64,000 nt of DNA, taken from contig JAQGDQ010000831.1 of the NCBI GenBank assembly GCA_030141605.1, forward strand, positions 26,710-90,709, in the 5' to 3' direction. The position numbers were made by a program, and so were the translations under genes. Of the stretch, positions 14,710 through 29,768 are shown piece after piece. Each line of letters starts with the position of its first letter. Position 1 is the stretch's first letter. The stretch is from Tubiluchus corallicola. Its lineage: Eukaryota > Animalia > Priapulida. Under the pieces are notes generated by a model. The model was not told the DNA's origin and did not search any database. It was given only the letters and a program-made list of their open reading frames with translations.

Positions 14710-15074
14710 TAGGGGTGAGCATTCTCTACCAGAAACCGAATTCGAATCGAACCGAATTTGTGACTTTCGAATTCGAATTGAGATTGAACGATTTTCGAGC
14801 AAGTTTTCGAACCATAAGTAAAAATTAGTCTTACAAAGATCATGCGTATCACTAGATTTTGTTCTGGAATAAAACGATTAGTAATTTGTTTAAAATTGTG
14901 CACAGAAATCACAGCTAAATTATGCTAATTGCATGATGTTTCAATCGTTTTAGTGATCAGGAACATGTGTGATTGAAGTGCTGAATTATTCGAATCTATA
15001 CTTTTGGATTCGAATCGAGTTCGAACTAAAAAAACTCGTTCGAATCGAACTCGAACGATCGATGCTCACCCCTA
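14710..15074. mobile_element. hAT-type MITE with internal TTCGAA-rich repeats
   Basis: TIRs TAGGGGTGAGCAT/ATGCTCACCCCTA; perfect 8-bp TSD TTATACAA. Confidence 0.9.
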
Positions 15075-15164
15075 TTATACAATATAATTATAACATAAAT
15101 ATAAGCATTATTACAATTTTAGGTAGTTATTAATTTCATTATAGAGCCACTGGGTAAGGTAAAT

Positions 15165-18100
15165 AAGAAATGAACATGGAAAAATGGCACAAGTAGATAT
15201 GAACATGAAAAAATGGCACAAGTAGAAATGAACATGAAAAAATGGCACAGGTAGAAATGCACATGAAAAAATGGCACAGGTAGAAATGAACATGGAAAAA
15301 TGACACAGGTAGAAATGAACATGGAAAAATGGCACAGGTAGAAATGCACATGAAAAAATGACACAGGTAGAAATGAACATGGAAAAATGACACAGGTAGA
15401 AATGAACATGGAAAAATGGCACACGTAGAAATGCACATGAAAAAATGACACAGGTAGAAATGAACATGGAAAAATGACACAGGTAGAAATGAACATGGAA
15501 AAATGGCACACGTAGAAATGCACATGAAAAAATGGCACAATAAGAAATGAACATGGAAAAATGGCACAAGTAGAAATGCACATGAAAAAATGGCACAGGT
15601 AGAAATGAACATGAAAAAATGGCACAGGTAGAAATGAACATGAAAAAATGGCACAGGTAGAAATGAACATGAAAAAATGGCACAGGTAGAAATGAACATG
15701 AAAAAATGGCACAGGTAGAAATGAACATGAAAAAATGACACAGGTAGAAATGAACATGGAAAAATGACACAGGTAGAAATGAACATGGAAAAATGGCACA
15801 GGTAGAAATGCACATGAAAAAATGACACAGGTAGAAATGAACATGGAAAAATGACACAGGTAGAAATGAACATGGAAAAATGGCACACGTAGAAATGCAC
15901 ATGAAAAAATGGCACAATAAGAAATGAACATGGAAAAATGGCACAAGTAGAAATGCACATGAAAAAATGGCACAGGTAGAAATGAACATGAAAAAATGGC
16001 ACAGGTAGAAATGCACATGAAAAAATGGCACAGGTAGAAATGAACATGAAAAAATGGCACAGGTAGAAATGAACGTGAAAAAATGGCACAGGTAGAAATG
16101 AACATGGAAAAATGGCACAGGTAGAAATGAACATGAAAAAATGGCACAGGTAGAAATGCACATGAAAAATGGCACAAGTAGAAATGAACATGAAAAATGG
16201 CACAGGTAGAAATGAACATGAAAAAATGGCACAGGTAGAAATTAACGTGAAAAAATGACACAGGTAGAAATGAACATGGAAAAATGACACAGGTAGAAAT
16301 GAACATGAAAAAATGGCACAGGTAGAAATGCACATGAAAAATGGCACAAGTAGAAATGAACATGAAAAATGGCACAGGTAGAAATGAACATGAAAAAATG
16401 GCACAGGTAGAAATTAACGTGAAAAAATGACACAGGTAGAAATGAACATGAAAAATGGTACAGGTAGAAATGAACGTGAAAAAATGGCACAGGTAGAAAT
16501 GAACATGAAAAAATGGCACAGGTAGAAATTAACGTGAACAAATGACACAGGTAGAAATGAACGTGAAAAAATGACACAGGTAGAAATTAACGTGAAAAAA
16601 TGACACAAGTAGAAATTAACGTGAAAAAATGGCACAGGTAGAAATGAACGTGAAAAAATGGCACAGGTAGAAATAAACATGAAAAATGACACAGGTAGAA
16701 ATGAACATGAAAAAATGACGCAGGTAGAAATGAACATGGAAAAATGGCACAGGTAGAAATGAACGTGAAAAAATGACACAGGTAGAAATGAACATGAAAA
16801 AATGGCACAGGTAGAAATGAACATGAAAAAATGACACAGGTAGAAATTAACATGAAAAAATGACACAGGTAGAAATGAACATGAAAAATGGCACAAGTAG
16901 AAATGAACATGAAAAAATGGCACAAGTAGAAATGAACATGAAAAAATGGCACAGGTAGAAATGAACATGAAAAATGGCACAGGTAGAAATGAACATGAAA
17001 AAATGACACAGGAAGAAAAGAACATGAAAAAATGACACAGGTAGAAATGAACATGGAAAAATGGCACAGGTAGAAATGAACATGAAAAAATGGCACAGGT
17101 AGAAATGAACATGAAAAAATGGCACAGGTAGAAATGAACATGAAAAATGGCACAAGTAGAAATGAACATGAAAAAATGGCACAGTAGTGTGTGGCACAGG
17201 TAGAAATGAACATGAAAAATGGCACAGGTAGAAATGAACATGAAAAAATGACACAGGAGAAAGAACATGAAAAAATGACACAGGTAGAAATGAACATGGA
17301 AAAATGACACAGGTAGAAATGAACATGAAAAAATGGCACAGGTAGAAATGAACATGAAAAAATGACACAGGTAGAAATTAACATGAAAAAATGACACAGG
17401 TAGAAATGAACATGGAAAAATGGCACAGGTAGAAATTAACTTGAAAAAATGGCACAGGTAGAAATGAACGTGAAAAAATGACACGGGTAGAAATTAACTT
17501 GAAAAAATGACACAAGTAGAAATGAACGTGAAAAAATGGCACAGGTAGAAATGAACATGAAAAAATGACACAGGTAGAAATGAACATGAAAAAATGACAC
17601 AGGTAGAAATTAACATGAAAAAATGACACAGGTAGAAATGAACATGGAAAAATGGCACAGGTAGAAATTAACGTGAAAAAATGGCACAGGTAGAAATGAA
17701 CGTGAAAAAATGACACAGGTAGAAATTAACGTGAAAAAATGACACAAGTAGAAATGAACGAGAAAAAATGGCACAAGTAGAAATGAACATGAAAAAATGG
17801 CACAGGTAGAAATGAACATGAAAAAATGACACAGGTAGAAATGAACATGAAAAAATGGCACAGGTAGAAATGAACATGAAAAAATGACACAAGTAGAAAT
17901 GAACATGAAAAATGGCACAGGTAGAAATGAACATGAAAAAATGGCACAGGTAGAAATGAACATGGAAAAATGGCACAATAAGAAATGGCACAGAAAAAAA
18001 TAACACGGTAAGAAATGGCACAGAAAAAAGTATCAGAAATGGAAAAATAGATAAAAATTGCACAGGCAAAAATGACCAGCAAAAAATGGCAGAGGGAAAA

Positions 18101-18195
18101 TGGCAAAAGTAAAAATAGCACACGCAGACATAGGTAAAAATGGCACGGGTAGGAACGGCACAGGAAAAATGGCACAAATGGAGAAGTAGAAAAAA
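15165..18195. repeat. 29-bp satellite (about 97 copies) GGCACAGGTAGAAATGAACATGAAAAAAT, degenerating after about 17980
   Basis: Direct reading; accounts for the long Phe/Cys/His-rich minus-strand ORFs. Confidence 0.97.
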
Positions 18196-18439
18196 TAGTA
18201 ATTATATTATTTTTATAAAATTGATTTTAATAATACAGCTAGAATGCGCTTAGAAGGAAGCTTGACAAAAGTTGAACAATCCAAAACCTGTTCGTTTGAT
18301 ACGTTTGAAAAAAAACAAAACACAAGATCAAAAAAACTAGCAAAAATGTAAATGTATTGGTGCCATACAGACTAGCAAAAGATATTTTGTTCGTTGAATA
18401 GAACTGTAATCAGTAAATCACGAATATTGCTACATAGTG

Positions 18440-18930
18440 CAGGGGTGTGCAAATTGCGGCCTGGGGCCACTTGTGGCCCACCGAGAGAATTTGTGCGCCC
18501 CGCGAAGAGATTTGTCAACCTAATGAAAGTGCGGCCCGGGCGATTAATTGAGTGTATCCAGCTGAAGTCCGTGCCACCATCCCAAAGATAGTGCGGGTAG
18601 TTTTTTCTACTAGATCGGATGCCATTAACCCTTAGAAGACGGTTGTAGCTTAATGTCACTGTACTACACAGACTGTGTGATACACATTACTAATATGCAT
18701 TGTAATGAAATTACCACTATCTGTCCTGAAACTAGAAATATATGGTTTGTAATATAACTTCTAAAATAGTTTCTTGAGTGTAGTAGTAATGATGTACGCA
18801 GGTCGGATGCAAAAAAAAATCATTATTAGGCCCTACTGTACTTGGCTCCTTGACCAAACTGCCTGTGGCCCGCAGGAATTGCGGGAAAGTTTAATGTGGC
18901 CCGGCTAGTCATATAATTTGCACACCCTTG
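18440..18930 (-). mobile_element. hAT MITE family A, copy 2
   Basis: Reverse complement of 5921-6420; perfect TSD ACATAGTG. Confidence 0.95.
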
Positions 18931-20571
18931 ACATAGTGTTTTTAATTTTGACGATAGTAATAGACTGACATATATACATACCAAGTCAGCTTATAAGACT
19001 ATATATATTATTAAGCAAACGTTACAGACAGCGTTAAGCGGTTTTCAAAACGAGATTTTCTCGGAATGGAACTTAAAACTAACTCGTGATTATTTGTCCT
19101 GGTGGAAATAATAAGAAATACTAAACACTCCCTCTTAGACCTCCACGAAGTGCTTCACGGAAGTTTTTTGCACGTGGTGTTCGGTCAAATTTGGCGAAAA
19201 AAACGGGGGCGGGGACGCCCTATAGGCGCTTTCTTCACAAAGCATCGTGGAACTCTGTTAAGTAGTTTTTGCGTGACAAGCTTACTGATATAACAGACAA
19301 TTTGAATGCCTTGAGTTATTCACGTTTGATTTGCTTTACTTGCTTCAAAAATCACGCTTCTTCGCAAAGTGAAAACTTACAATACTGTGCTGCCACCTAT
19401 CGCACAAATTTTCTGCTTTCTAGGCAGCTATGCTAATTTTATGGTGCTCATAATTACACATAACCATAGCTGTAACTGAATGCTAATACCTAAACAAGTA
19501 AAAAGCACGAAAATTAATAGATCTGTAACTTTTTCGACATTTTTCAAAAATTCCCATTGCAAATTTTGGCAACTTGTACTAAATGTACCAATTTAAGTAA
19601 AAATACTATGTTTGGTCAATCAGATTTTCTACAAGAACTTTTGCGTTCTTTACTTTCTAATTTCTAAATTACAATTTTGCATTCACTGGATATAGTCCAA
19701 GTAGTATCACTGAAAAAAGCCATTCTATCGAACTATTAAACTTGCGGAATATACCATAACTTCGTTTTTTCAAACCTATGGATATGTTTTCCAAATTTTG
19801 TACGGCGCCAGATTTTAGGGACTCGCTGTTAAAAAAAATTATTCTCCTCCGAAAATGCATATCCTTTCATATTCATACAATGCGTGTATTTTATACCGCA
19901 CCACAAGCAGTTACAGGCCTTCCTGTTATATAAGTACCATACAACAAGCAAGCAAAGATAATGCATTGATCTAATAAGCCACAAGCAGTTGCGCAGTCTG
20001 CTTGTATATAAGAACTAAACGTATGTAAATAACGATGACCACATAGTTACTAGGTAATTATCAGCTTGGGGCGTAGTGTCTTAAAACGCTGATGTTCAAA
20101 CCCGGAAGTTTCAGATTCCGGATGGCAATGATGGAGCAAAACCATCTAATCTTGCATTCAAAATCAACAAATCGCTCAAATATTGACCTTGTGTTCGGAG
20201 TCTAAACTAGTGACACCTATAGCTGAATAGCACACAGATGTCAAGCACAAAGCTATAGTTATATGTAGCTAGGTAAACTACTACAACTACTGCTGCTGCT
20301 ACCACTACTACTACTACTACTACTACTTTGTTTTTAAATCATAAAGTTGTAATGCTATTTTTGAAACGTTGAGCATTTATAATGCTACGTAGCACTTTAT
20401 TTCACTGATTCAGCTTAAAGCGACGTCTTTATCACTTTTTCTTCTCTCTTCTTTATTTTTATACATTTATTTATTTGTGCTTGCAAATTGGATAATGCTC
20501 AAAATTGCTCATGTTATGTGTTGGACCTACACAGACAGTTTGTTGTCCCGCCATTTTTATTGGGCAATAAA

Positions 20572-20853
<282 letters not shown>

Positions 20854-21385
20854 GACACTCCCCCTGACACTAAAGTTACAGTGAAAAATGACAAGTTATA
20901 CTTTTAGTAGCTTGTGTGGTCAAATGAAAAGCCTTAAACTGAATGATGAAGATATTAGCTTATCTTGCGAGTAATAATATGACCTAGCGAGCTTTGACCA
21001 TGGTATGGCCAGTATGGGTAATGACCATGGTCCAATAAAATAGCGAAGTAGATTGGTTATACATAATGTAGCGGCTACAGCAAGTTCTAAACCAACATTT
21101 TCGATCTACGTAACAATGGAATTCAAGACAAAGAAAATATAGAATTCTAACTTGAATTCCAATCTGCCACGTGCTGCTAAAACAGATACAGCCAGTCGCA
21201 TCTATAATTTCACAGCATGCAAGGTCAGAGTTAGACAGCGGTGTGTTAGTCGAGAATCTCATGTAGGCCTATTTTATGCTCACGAATAGGTCAAAGGTAT
21301 GTAGTTTTTTACTGTAACAGCTACTTGGCGTAAGGAAAAATCAAACAAAGTATGAATTAAAGTGTGAAACTAAATGAAAATCTTT

Positions 21386-23368
21386 ACGGCGCGTTCAGAC
21401 TAGCGAATCTTCTCTCTCAAAATGAAAGCAGTAAGCAAAACACAATTGAAGATGAATTAACATTTCATATTAAATTTTACTTGTCCAACCCATGAAGCAA
21501 TAAGAGAAAAATATGAAGACAGACTCCACAATTTTACCTTTTTAAAAAAAAACCAGCTTACCCTGGTTATTCAATTCCGAGAACAAAATTGACCTAAATA
21601 CCTTTGTGCAGTTTATCACTGAATGTATCCTGGCAAGATTGTCTAAAACACGAATAATAGTACAAAAGTAATAATGTGGCAATCCTGGCTATACAAAAAT
21701 ATTGTAATTAGAATATATTTGAGCACTAGTATTATATATATATATATATATATATATAACCCATTATAGTCAGGGCCTATTTCAGCCTAAGCAAGTACCG
21801 GGGAAGTAGGGCGTGTTAGGCCCCCTGGGGGGGGGGGGGGGTGACGCCGCCCAAATTTTTGAACTGCTAGAACGCCGGAGAAACATTTTCGAAGAGAAAA
21901 TATGGAGTTATACAGTTGTTAAAGGAAAGAACAATTGAAAGAAAAACTGCTCTATTCTCAAGACCAGTCCTTAATACTTGTCAAATAGTTAAATCAAAAA
22001 CAACATCTTTGCAATATGTAATACCGTACTCTCACTTCCGTACTGTATAATTATATTACTCTACACTAGGTGAAAAAACAGAATTCCTATTTCTTTTGTG
22101 AAAGTATTATTATACATAACAAATATTTCTGTAAAAGTAAAAACATTCAGTTCAATACTCGTCTTTAGCAAGTTAAAAAAGCTAGTGAAGTCTTATGGGT
22201 ATTTAATTAATAACAGCAGATATGATACCATTATTACGTATCGTCCTGTTGGTTGGCTTTGTCATTATCATCTATGCCATCATTGGTCTGAAGCTTTTCT
22301 CAGGGAAACTACAAAATGGGCAAACATTATTACAGTATCTTAATAATGGTATCATGGCGCCAGTGAGCCGGTGATTTAAAGCAAAAATGGACCCAATCTT
22401 AAACTGTAGGTCAATACAATCTACTTTTTTAAAATATTGAAAGGAAACATGCTATTTCTTCAAAAATGACTTACGTGAAAGAATTATTGTCACACAAACA
22501 CATAATGTTCTTTTTGTACTTGCCAATGTATGTAATGCATATTTGTGCAATAAATCGAATTGAATTGACAGCAATTTTACTCGCAAGTGTGAACTTGCTT
22601 AAATGTATAATATTAATCTGTAGTTCTACTGGTATATAATGTTCTTTTTGTACTTGTCGATGTATGTAATGCATATTTGTGCAATAAATCGAATTGAATT
22701 GACAGCAATTTTACTCACAAGTGTGAACTTGCTTAAATGTATAATATTAATCTGTAGTTCTACTGGTATATAATGTTCTTTTTGTACTTGTCGATGTATG
22801 TAATGCATATTTGTGCAATAAATCGAATTGAATTGACATCAATTTTACTCGCAAGTGTGAACTTGCTTAAATGTATGATATTAATCTGTAGTTCTACTTG
22901 TATATAATGTTCTTTTTGTACTTGCCAATGTATGTAATGCATATTTGTGCAATAAATCGAATTGGATTGACAGCAATTTTACTCGCAAGTGTGAACTTGC
23001 TTATATGTATGATAGTAATCTGTAGTTCTACTGGTATATAATGTTCTTTTTGTACTTGTCGATGTATGTAATGCATATTTGTGCAATAAATCGAATTGAA
23101 TTGACATCAATTTTACTCGCAAGTGTGAACTTGCTTAAATGTATAATAGTAATCTGTAGTTCTACTGGTATATAATGTTCTTTTTGTACTTGTCGATGTA
23201 TGTAATGCATATTTGTGCAGAAAATCGAATTGAATTGACAGCAATTTTACTCACAAGTGTGAACTTGCTTTGCGAGTTGCTGTCGACAAAAAATTGCAAA
23301 TCTCTGACACTAACTGAGCATGCGTGTGAGTTAATTTGGCGGGAAATTTGCTAGTCTGAAAGTGCCGT
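21386..23368. mobile_element. Possible non-autonomous TIR element (PIF/Harbinger-like ends) enclosing the 134-bp array
   Basis: ACGGCGCGTTCAGACTAGC at 21386 and GCTAGTCTGAAAGTGCCGT ending at 23368 are imperfect inverted repeats; the TSD is unclear. Confidence 0.4.
22502..23270. repeat. 134-bp tandem repeat, about 5.7 copies
   Basis: Repeated ORFs offset by 134 bp (22626, 22760, 22894, 23028). Confidence 0.95.
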
Positions 23369-23815
23369 TGATGCTTTGTGGGATATTCTTTTTATGCCAT
23401 TATCTAAACTCATAGTAATTACGTAGATCAAATAATAAAAAAATCAGTTATTGGTTATATAATTGCTTAAACATATTCTACCTACATACTTCATGATGTG
23501 TATAGCAAAAGTAAAATAAATAGCATGCAGTGACAGCAGATAGGCATACATGTAGAATGCAGACACAGCAGAAATTACTGGAAATGTTTTTAAATCGTAA
23601 AGTTGTAATGCTATTTTTGAAACGTTGAGCATTTATAATGTTACGTAGCACTTTATTTCACTGATTCAGCTTAAAGTGACATCTTTATTATTTTTCCTTC
23701 TCTCTTCTTTATTTTTATATATTTATTTCATTTCTGCTTGCAAATTGGATAATGCTCAAAATTGCTCGTGTTGGACCAACATAGACAGTTATCCTGCCAT
23801 TTTATTGGTCAATAA

Positions 23816-24150
<335 letters not shown>

Positions 24151-24607
24151 TACTAGTTACTATCTGCTATGAAAAAAATATTATTTCCTTGAATATTTTT
24201 CTCAATCCGAGTTAAGCCTGTGCTTTAGAACATTCGTAACATATTAATCACGACGTCTTAGCACTTACGATTTCTAAAAGCTAGTTTATTTATACATTTT
24301 TTTATCTAAGCGTTCGTACGAAAGGGGAACCTAATTATGTATATCAGTTTGCAACGCGTGCCAGGTGAACTAGTCCTGGTGGTCGTGTCACTTGCTCTTG
24401 CAGCAAACATACAAACGTGACACCAAATCATCTCAATCAATAGTGAATATCGTGTCAGGAGGTCTCATTTTTATTACTTAAGGAGTGGTGAAGTAGGGGA
24501 GATTTACTAATGTACACAAACATTTCATACAAAACAGGTTTACAGCGGAGAGCTTAATCAAACAGTTTCCGTCTATAACAACTCACAGAAAGGCTATTGT
24601 GTAAGCC

Positions 24608-25429
24608 ATGGCATTAGAGTATAACTTGCAATACTCCACTGTGTTCGAGTTCGAAAGAGTGCGCAGTTATGAAAGATGGGGTGCAGGAAAAGGGTGGATG
24701 GGACAATATGTCCACTGGTCAGTGTACCTTTCCATGGGCTACGTATTATGCATATTTGGAATCCAGCGTTTCATGGAGCATCGACCAGCGTACAAATTGC
24801 AAATCTTGCTGATTTTATGGAATTCGCTTCTGGCAGTGTTCAGTGTATTTGGTGCCGTCAGAAGTGGGACAGAGCTGCTGTACGTACTGCAGACGTTCGG
24901 CGTCACACGCTCAATATGTAGCCAAAATTATCTTTACCACGGAGTCATCGAATTTTGGTCTTTCGCTTTTACGTTTTCAAAAGCGCTAGAATTGATTGAC
25001 ACCGTCTTCGTGGTGCTACGGAAGGGGCGTCTGATCTTTCTCCATTGGTACCATCACATCACCGTGCTCATGTTCACCTGGTATGCCTACATAAACTGCA
25101 TTGGTGCCTGCAGATGGTTCATGGTGATGAACTTTACCGTTCATGCACTGATGTACGGTTACTACGGTCTGCGTGCGGCCAAGGTGTACGTTCCAAAGCC
25201 AGTAAGCATGGTCATAACCACAATGCAGATACTGCAGATGGTGACAGGCATGACTGTCGCTGTCGCCGAGCTATACCTTCTGCACAGTGGACAGTGTCCG
25301 AAGTCCAGTAAGAGCACATTGTATTTCGCCATAGCAATGTACTTAAGTTATTTGGTTTTGTTTGTGAACTTTTTCTACCAAAACTATCTCTCGCCATCTC
25401 AGAGTAAAGTAAAACAGAAGGAAGTTTGA
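24608..25429 (+). CDS. ELOVL6: Very-long-chain fatty acid elongase, ELOVL6/ELOVL3-like, intronless CDS
   Basis: 273 aa with multiple hydrophobic helices; motifs SKALELIDTVFVVLRK, FLHWYHH (HxxHH), MNFTVHALMYGYY, ITTMQILQM, MYLSYLVLF; C-terminal KxKxx ER-retrieval signal (KQKEV). Confidence 0.93.
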   Translation: MALEYNLQYSTVFEFERVRSYERWGAGKGWMGQYVHWSVYLSMGYVLCIFGIQRFMEHRPAYKLQILLILWNSLLAVFSVFGAVRSGTELLYVLQTFGVTRSICSQNYLYHGVIEFWSFAFTFSKALELIDTVFVVLRKGRLIFLHWYHHITVLMFTWYAYINCIGACRWFMVMNFTVHALMYGYYGLRAAKVYVPKPVSMVITTMQILQMVTGMTVAVAELYLLHSGQCPKSSKSTLYFAIAMYLSYLVLFVNFFYQNYLSPSQSKVKQKEV

Positions 25430-25902
25430 AAGGCTTTTATTTACAAATTAAATAAAAATAATACATTTTTAAATGTACTTACTAAAAAATGTGTTTTTCT
25501 CGAATGTGACACTCAGCGATTTGCATTTTGTTGTTATAAACTTATTGTAAACAGATTTTAAAATACATTGTAACAGGACGATGATAAATATTGTGTGTCT
25601 ACCTTAATTTATTGTAATTTGTTAATACATGTATTGTTTTAGATTAATAACTACTCTTCAATAAACTTTTACATTAGTACTATTGTGCAGTCGGTAATTG
25701 TGTGGTTGACATTAGCGTGTAGTGCTTCTGTGTAGAGATTCAGTAGGGTTAGTATTTTAGCAACATAGTAAATGTAGCCTATATTTTGAGTAAAACTGTG
25801 TATGATTGTTGACTGAAAACCAACGACTGATTGATCTTTGTATTATTTGAAAAAATACATCGCTCTTTCTATAGTAACTTTTACGGAATGAATAAACGGG
25901 TT

Positions 25903-26200
25903 TGAGACATAGACATAGACATTTTATTTTTCTGCAATTTGTGTCACAAATGTTCGTTTTACAAAAAATAACTTTGTCTGTGGAGATGGGGGCGAGGAAA
26001 GACCGTAGGTCATCTACTCACTCACCCCTTATAATTTAATGTTGATGACAGAAAAAGAATTGATGACACAGGATGCAAATAAACTAACAAAATAAAGCAA
26101 TAACATAAGCAGAATTATAAAAGCAAACATAACAACAATCGCATAAGTGAAAAAAATAATAAACAAACAGTGGTAAAAATAAAATGATGATGAAATTAAT
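25903..26200 (-). mobile_element. 3' terminus of a CR1/L2-group LINE
   Basis: Minus strand: stem-loop GGGGTGAG..TAGATGACCTACGGTC..CTCGCCCC, then AATAAA and a (TCTATG)n tail. Confidence 0.55.
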
Positions 26201-27713
26201 CACAATGTCGTAATTTATGTATGGAGTCACGTGACTTTCAGTGTAAAAGCATGCATTTATTTAAATACGTTTTGCAGTCCTACTGCTGTAACCTTTTGCG
26301 TTTGTTTGATTGTCTTAAAAATGCCATAAAACATACACTTGTGTAACTAAATCAGTGCCTAGCAAGAGTAAATATTTACAGCAGTACAGATACGTTTACT
26401 AAGTCAATACAAAATCCTCTCGAAAAAGTGATTCGCTGGTACAGAATACACGTAAGAAAAATCCAGAATGCAGGTAAGAAAAATGAAATGTTAGCCTGCA
26501 AGATCAAGCATGATAACATAATCGAACACATTAGAGGTATAGGGATTTTTACTTAGATTTTTAGATTTAATGGATTTATTTCGCAATAAACATATACATT
26601 ACATGTTCATCGCTAATCAGTTTTTGTTAACACAAAATTATGATATAATTCATGAATTCTGCGCTAGAGACCTAAGAAGCTAGCTTATGGTAGGTCACTA
26701 GAATTAGTTACGAAAAAAATTACAATATATATATTTGTAATTAAAGACAAAAATAACCAGTTTCAGCCAACAGTTGAAGCAATAAAACGCATTGAAACTT
26801 GACCTACTGTCAGTTTCACAATGATGGGATAAATATTTAATAAATTCCACACCTTTCTATGACGTTGTGGATTAAAAATCCTAAGATGGCGAGCAAATCG
26901 GAAATAAAAATGAAAACCGTCATTTATACTGTAAAATTTATACTCTGTCCGCTAGACTCCCAAAACGTGGTCAATGGTGCCATTAGTAAGGCAAATTCTC
27001 ACAAGCATTTTCATAAAGTCATGTGCTTCTGGGTGTCAGACATGGCTGGTGAACGCCAGGGCCGGTGTTAGAAAATGGAGGGCCCAATTAGAAAATTGTT
27101 TGTGGCGCCCTCTGCCCTACAAAAGCTGAAGATTGGTGTTTTATGCTTCCCGGAAATATTCAAATAAGTAAATAGAACCTGTTAAAATATGCTAAATGTC
27201 AAATAATTATGCTCCTGAACCCAAGCCAAATAAGGGAAACTTAAGGAGTGGTGTCACGTGACGACGTGGGCAAAGAGTTAACCCGCTTGTCAGACTGCGC
27301 TCGCAGCTCATATATAGGTCTTCACACTTACACGCAGGACGTCTCTTGTAGATCAGGGGCCTTGGCATTGCTATCCATTTATTATATTTATTGTGATGTT
27401 ATTTAATAAATGTGTTATTTCGCAAACAAAGTCTTGATAGCTTTGCCATTACTCAAACGTTCATAAACAGCTACACACAGCTCACACACGCACTACCACT
27501 ATACCACAGACTTTATAATTTTACTAAATATCTCAGCCAGGAATAAGCAAGAACAAGAAGTATATTCGTAGCTTTAATTCTAAATGGTTCTAACGGAAAT
27601 GTTGGCCTTGCGGCTGTGAAGTAAAAAAATGCACTGTTTTGCTTTCCCATGTTTGCTGTTTGGAGGTAATGTAACGTTTCTGAATGTAATTTTCTGAAGC
27701 ATCACTCCCAGTA

Positions 27714-28325
27714 GCGAGACATGGGCTACCTACACAAGACAGGAGACCAGACTCAACTCCTACCACATGAGGTGCCTGCGTCGGCTACTTGACATTAGGT
27801 GGGAAGACAGAATTTCCAACCGCGAGGTCCTCAGCAAGGCCAAGACAACATCAATCTTTGCTATGCTGAGTCAGAGGCGTCAACGCTGGCTAGGTCATGT
27901 CAGACGCATGGACAAGGGTCGTCTTCCAAAGGACATGCTGTACGGCCAACTCGAGGAAGGCACGCGTCCGACCGGTCGGCGTCGCCTGAGGTTCTCTGAT
28001 GACTGCAAAAGAGACCTCAAAGGCACTCACATAGACGTCAGTTCATGGGAAACCAAGGCAGATGACCGGCCAGCTTGGAGACAAGCAGTCAGCGAGGGCA
28101 TTAAGAAGGCTGAGGAGGACAGACATGAGAGACAACGTCAAATGAGACTGGGAAGTAAAGCATCAATTAGTTCTCTCAATGACCCCGTTTTCACCTGTGG
28201 GGACTGCGGCAGAGACTGCCATTCCAGGATCGGGCTCTACAGCCACAGCAGACGCTGCTCCAGCTCCACTTTATGGCGCAACGCATCGTCTTCATAGACG
28301 GACGGAGGCCGATAAACGATGATAA
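27714..28325 (+). mobile_element. 5'-truncated RTE-clade LINE (ORF C-terminus, stop at 28297)
   Basis: ETW..., RCLRRLLDIRWEDRISN.EVL, RWLGHVRRM...RLPK..LYG and the C2H2 finger CGDCGRDCHSRIGLYSHSRRC; 10-bp TSD ACTCCCAGTA at 27704 and 28326. Confidence 0.92.
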
Positions 28326-29721
28326 ACTCCCAGTAATTTTAACTGAACGCACCTTTGTGGATGATACTGGCCCATTTCTTCACGCTCGGAAAACTGTTTG
28401 TACAAATTTGTGCATTGCAAGAATGAAGCGAAATAATGCTGTGACCATGTAAGTTTTAAGAGTTAACTTTGTCTAGTACTAAACTGGGCACCATTGTGAT
28501 AATCTGAATAGCAGTAGAAAGAACTGTGAATAGTTTTTACGGCGCACTACCCTAAAAAGAGTTCCGTTTTACAATAGCCAAAAAGATTAGTAATGACATG
28601 GCTGCTAAAGCTATGGAATGATTAGGCCTGGTTGAGCGAGTAATGGTCAAAATTAAATGCGACGAAAAGTGTCATGTAGTATGTCAATTCATTTCAATTC
28701 AGTTTTATTTGCACAAATACATACAATGTACATTGGCAAAGCAATACATGTTAAATACTACATAAACCAGCTGTGTGCAAAGTTATTTTCATAAACAAAT
28801 ATTAAGATATGGTATTATCATACTAAAATCATAGTTACATAAAAATTGTATAATTTAGCAATGGAAAAAGAAAAATGACTTAAAAGCAGTAGATATCTGT
28901 ATCAGCTTTTTAAATGAAGATTAAAAAAAATAACATAATGAGAGTTGGAAATAATTTAGCTAAAGTCTGCTGCCAAAGTGCTGATTTCGTCTTCCCTAGG
29001 AATCCGAGTTGTTGCCAAAAGTTTCTTTTATTGATGTCGTAGATGTATAGATAGATGAACTGATGTGGACTACGATGACTTATGACATTTAGGCAGGTAA
29101 AGAATTCAGTTACGATCTGAGCAGACTTAAAAGGAAATTTTTCTGTAAAGTAAATAACATACTGTGCACGAAGGGGAATGGTTGATAAGAAATGACTACT
29201 TTGTATCTGAGGAAGACTGCTTACCAAACTTTAACATGTGCCACAAGAGTTGGGTGAGTAAAGCATGTGTTGCATGGAATAAAATTTACATGAAGATTTT
29301 CCACTATTAACAAAATGAAAGTGTAAACATTTTTGCAATATTATTGCAACTCCATCAGAGACACTCATAAAAAAATCTTTCTTTTTGTGGAACATCAATG
29401 GCGCTACCAAGCCTTTCCATTGCCAGATTTTTACGCGAGTTTTATTAGACTGGACAGAGTATACCGAGAAAATATAGCCTACCCACTTAATCTTACAGAT
29501 TATTATATGAAAACTACTGCCGAGAATTGACCTCTTCGCTCAGTACTAAGAGAAATTTCGTAGAAAAAAATTGACACTGAAATTCGGTACACTTATAGAT
29601 CATGTTATTACCTGGCGTTATGTGTGCATTTTTCATATTATCTTGTAAACGTAGCGTGATATATGATTCATACTTGTATGCTGTACCGATCTACGATGCG
29701 AAATAAACTATTCTCTTCTTC

Positions 29722-29723
<2 letters not shown>

Positions 29724-29768
<45 letters not shown>

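Noticed and set aside
15111-18177. Many long Phe/Cys/His-rich minus-strand ORFs of up to 466 aa
   Set aside because: The 29-bp satellite is largely stop-free on that strand and gives ORFs in all three frames; no gene signals.
28680-29260. Possible further LINE 3' end (minus strand, GAATT-like tail; ORF 28910-29227)
   Set aside because: The tail is suggestive, but no protein motif was recognised.
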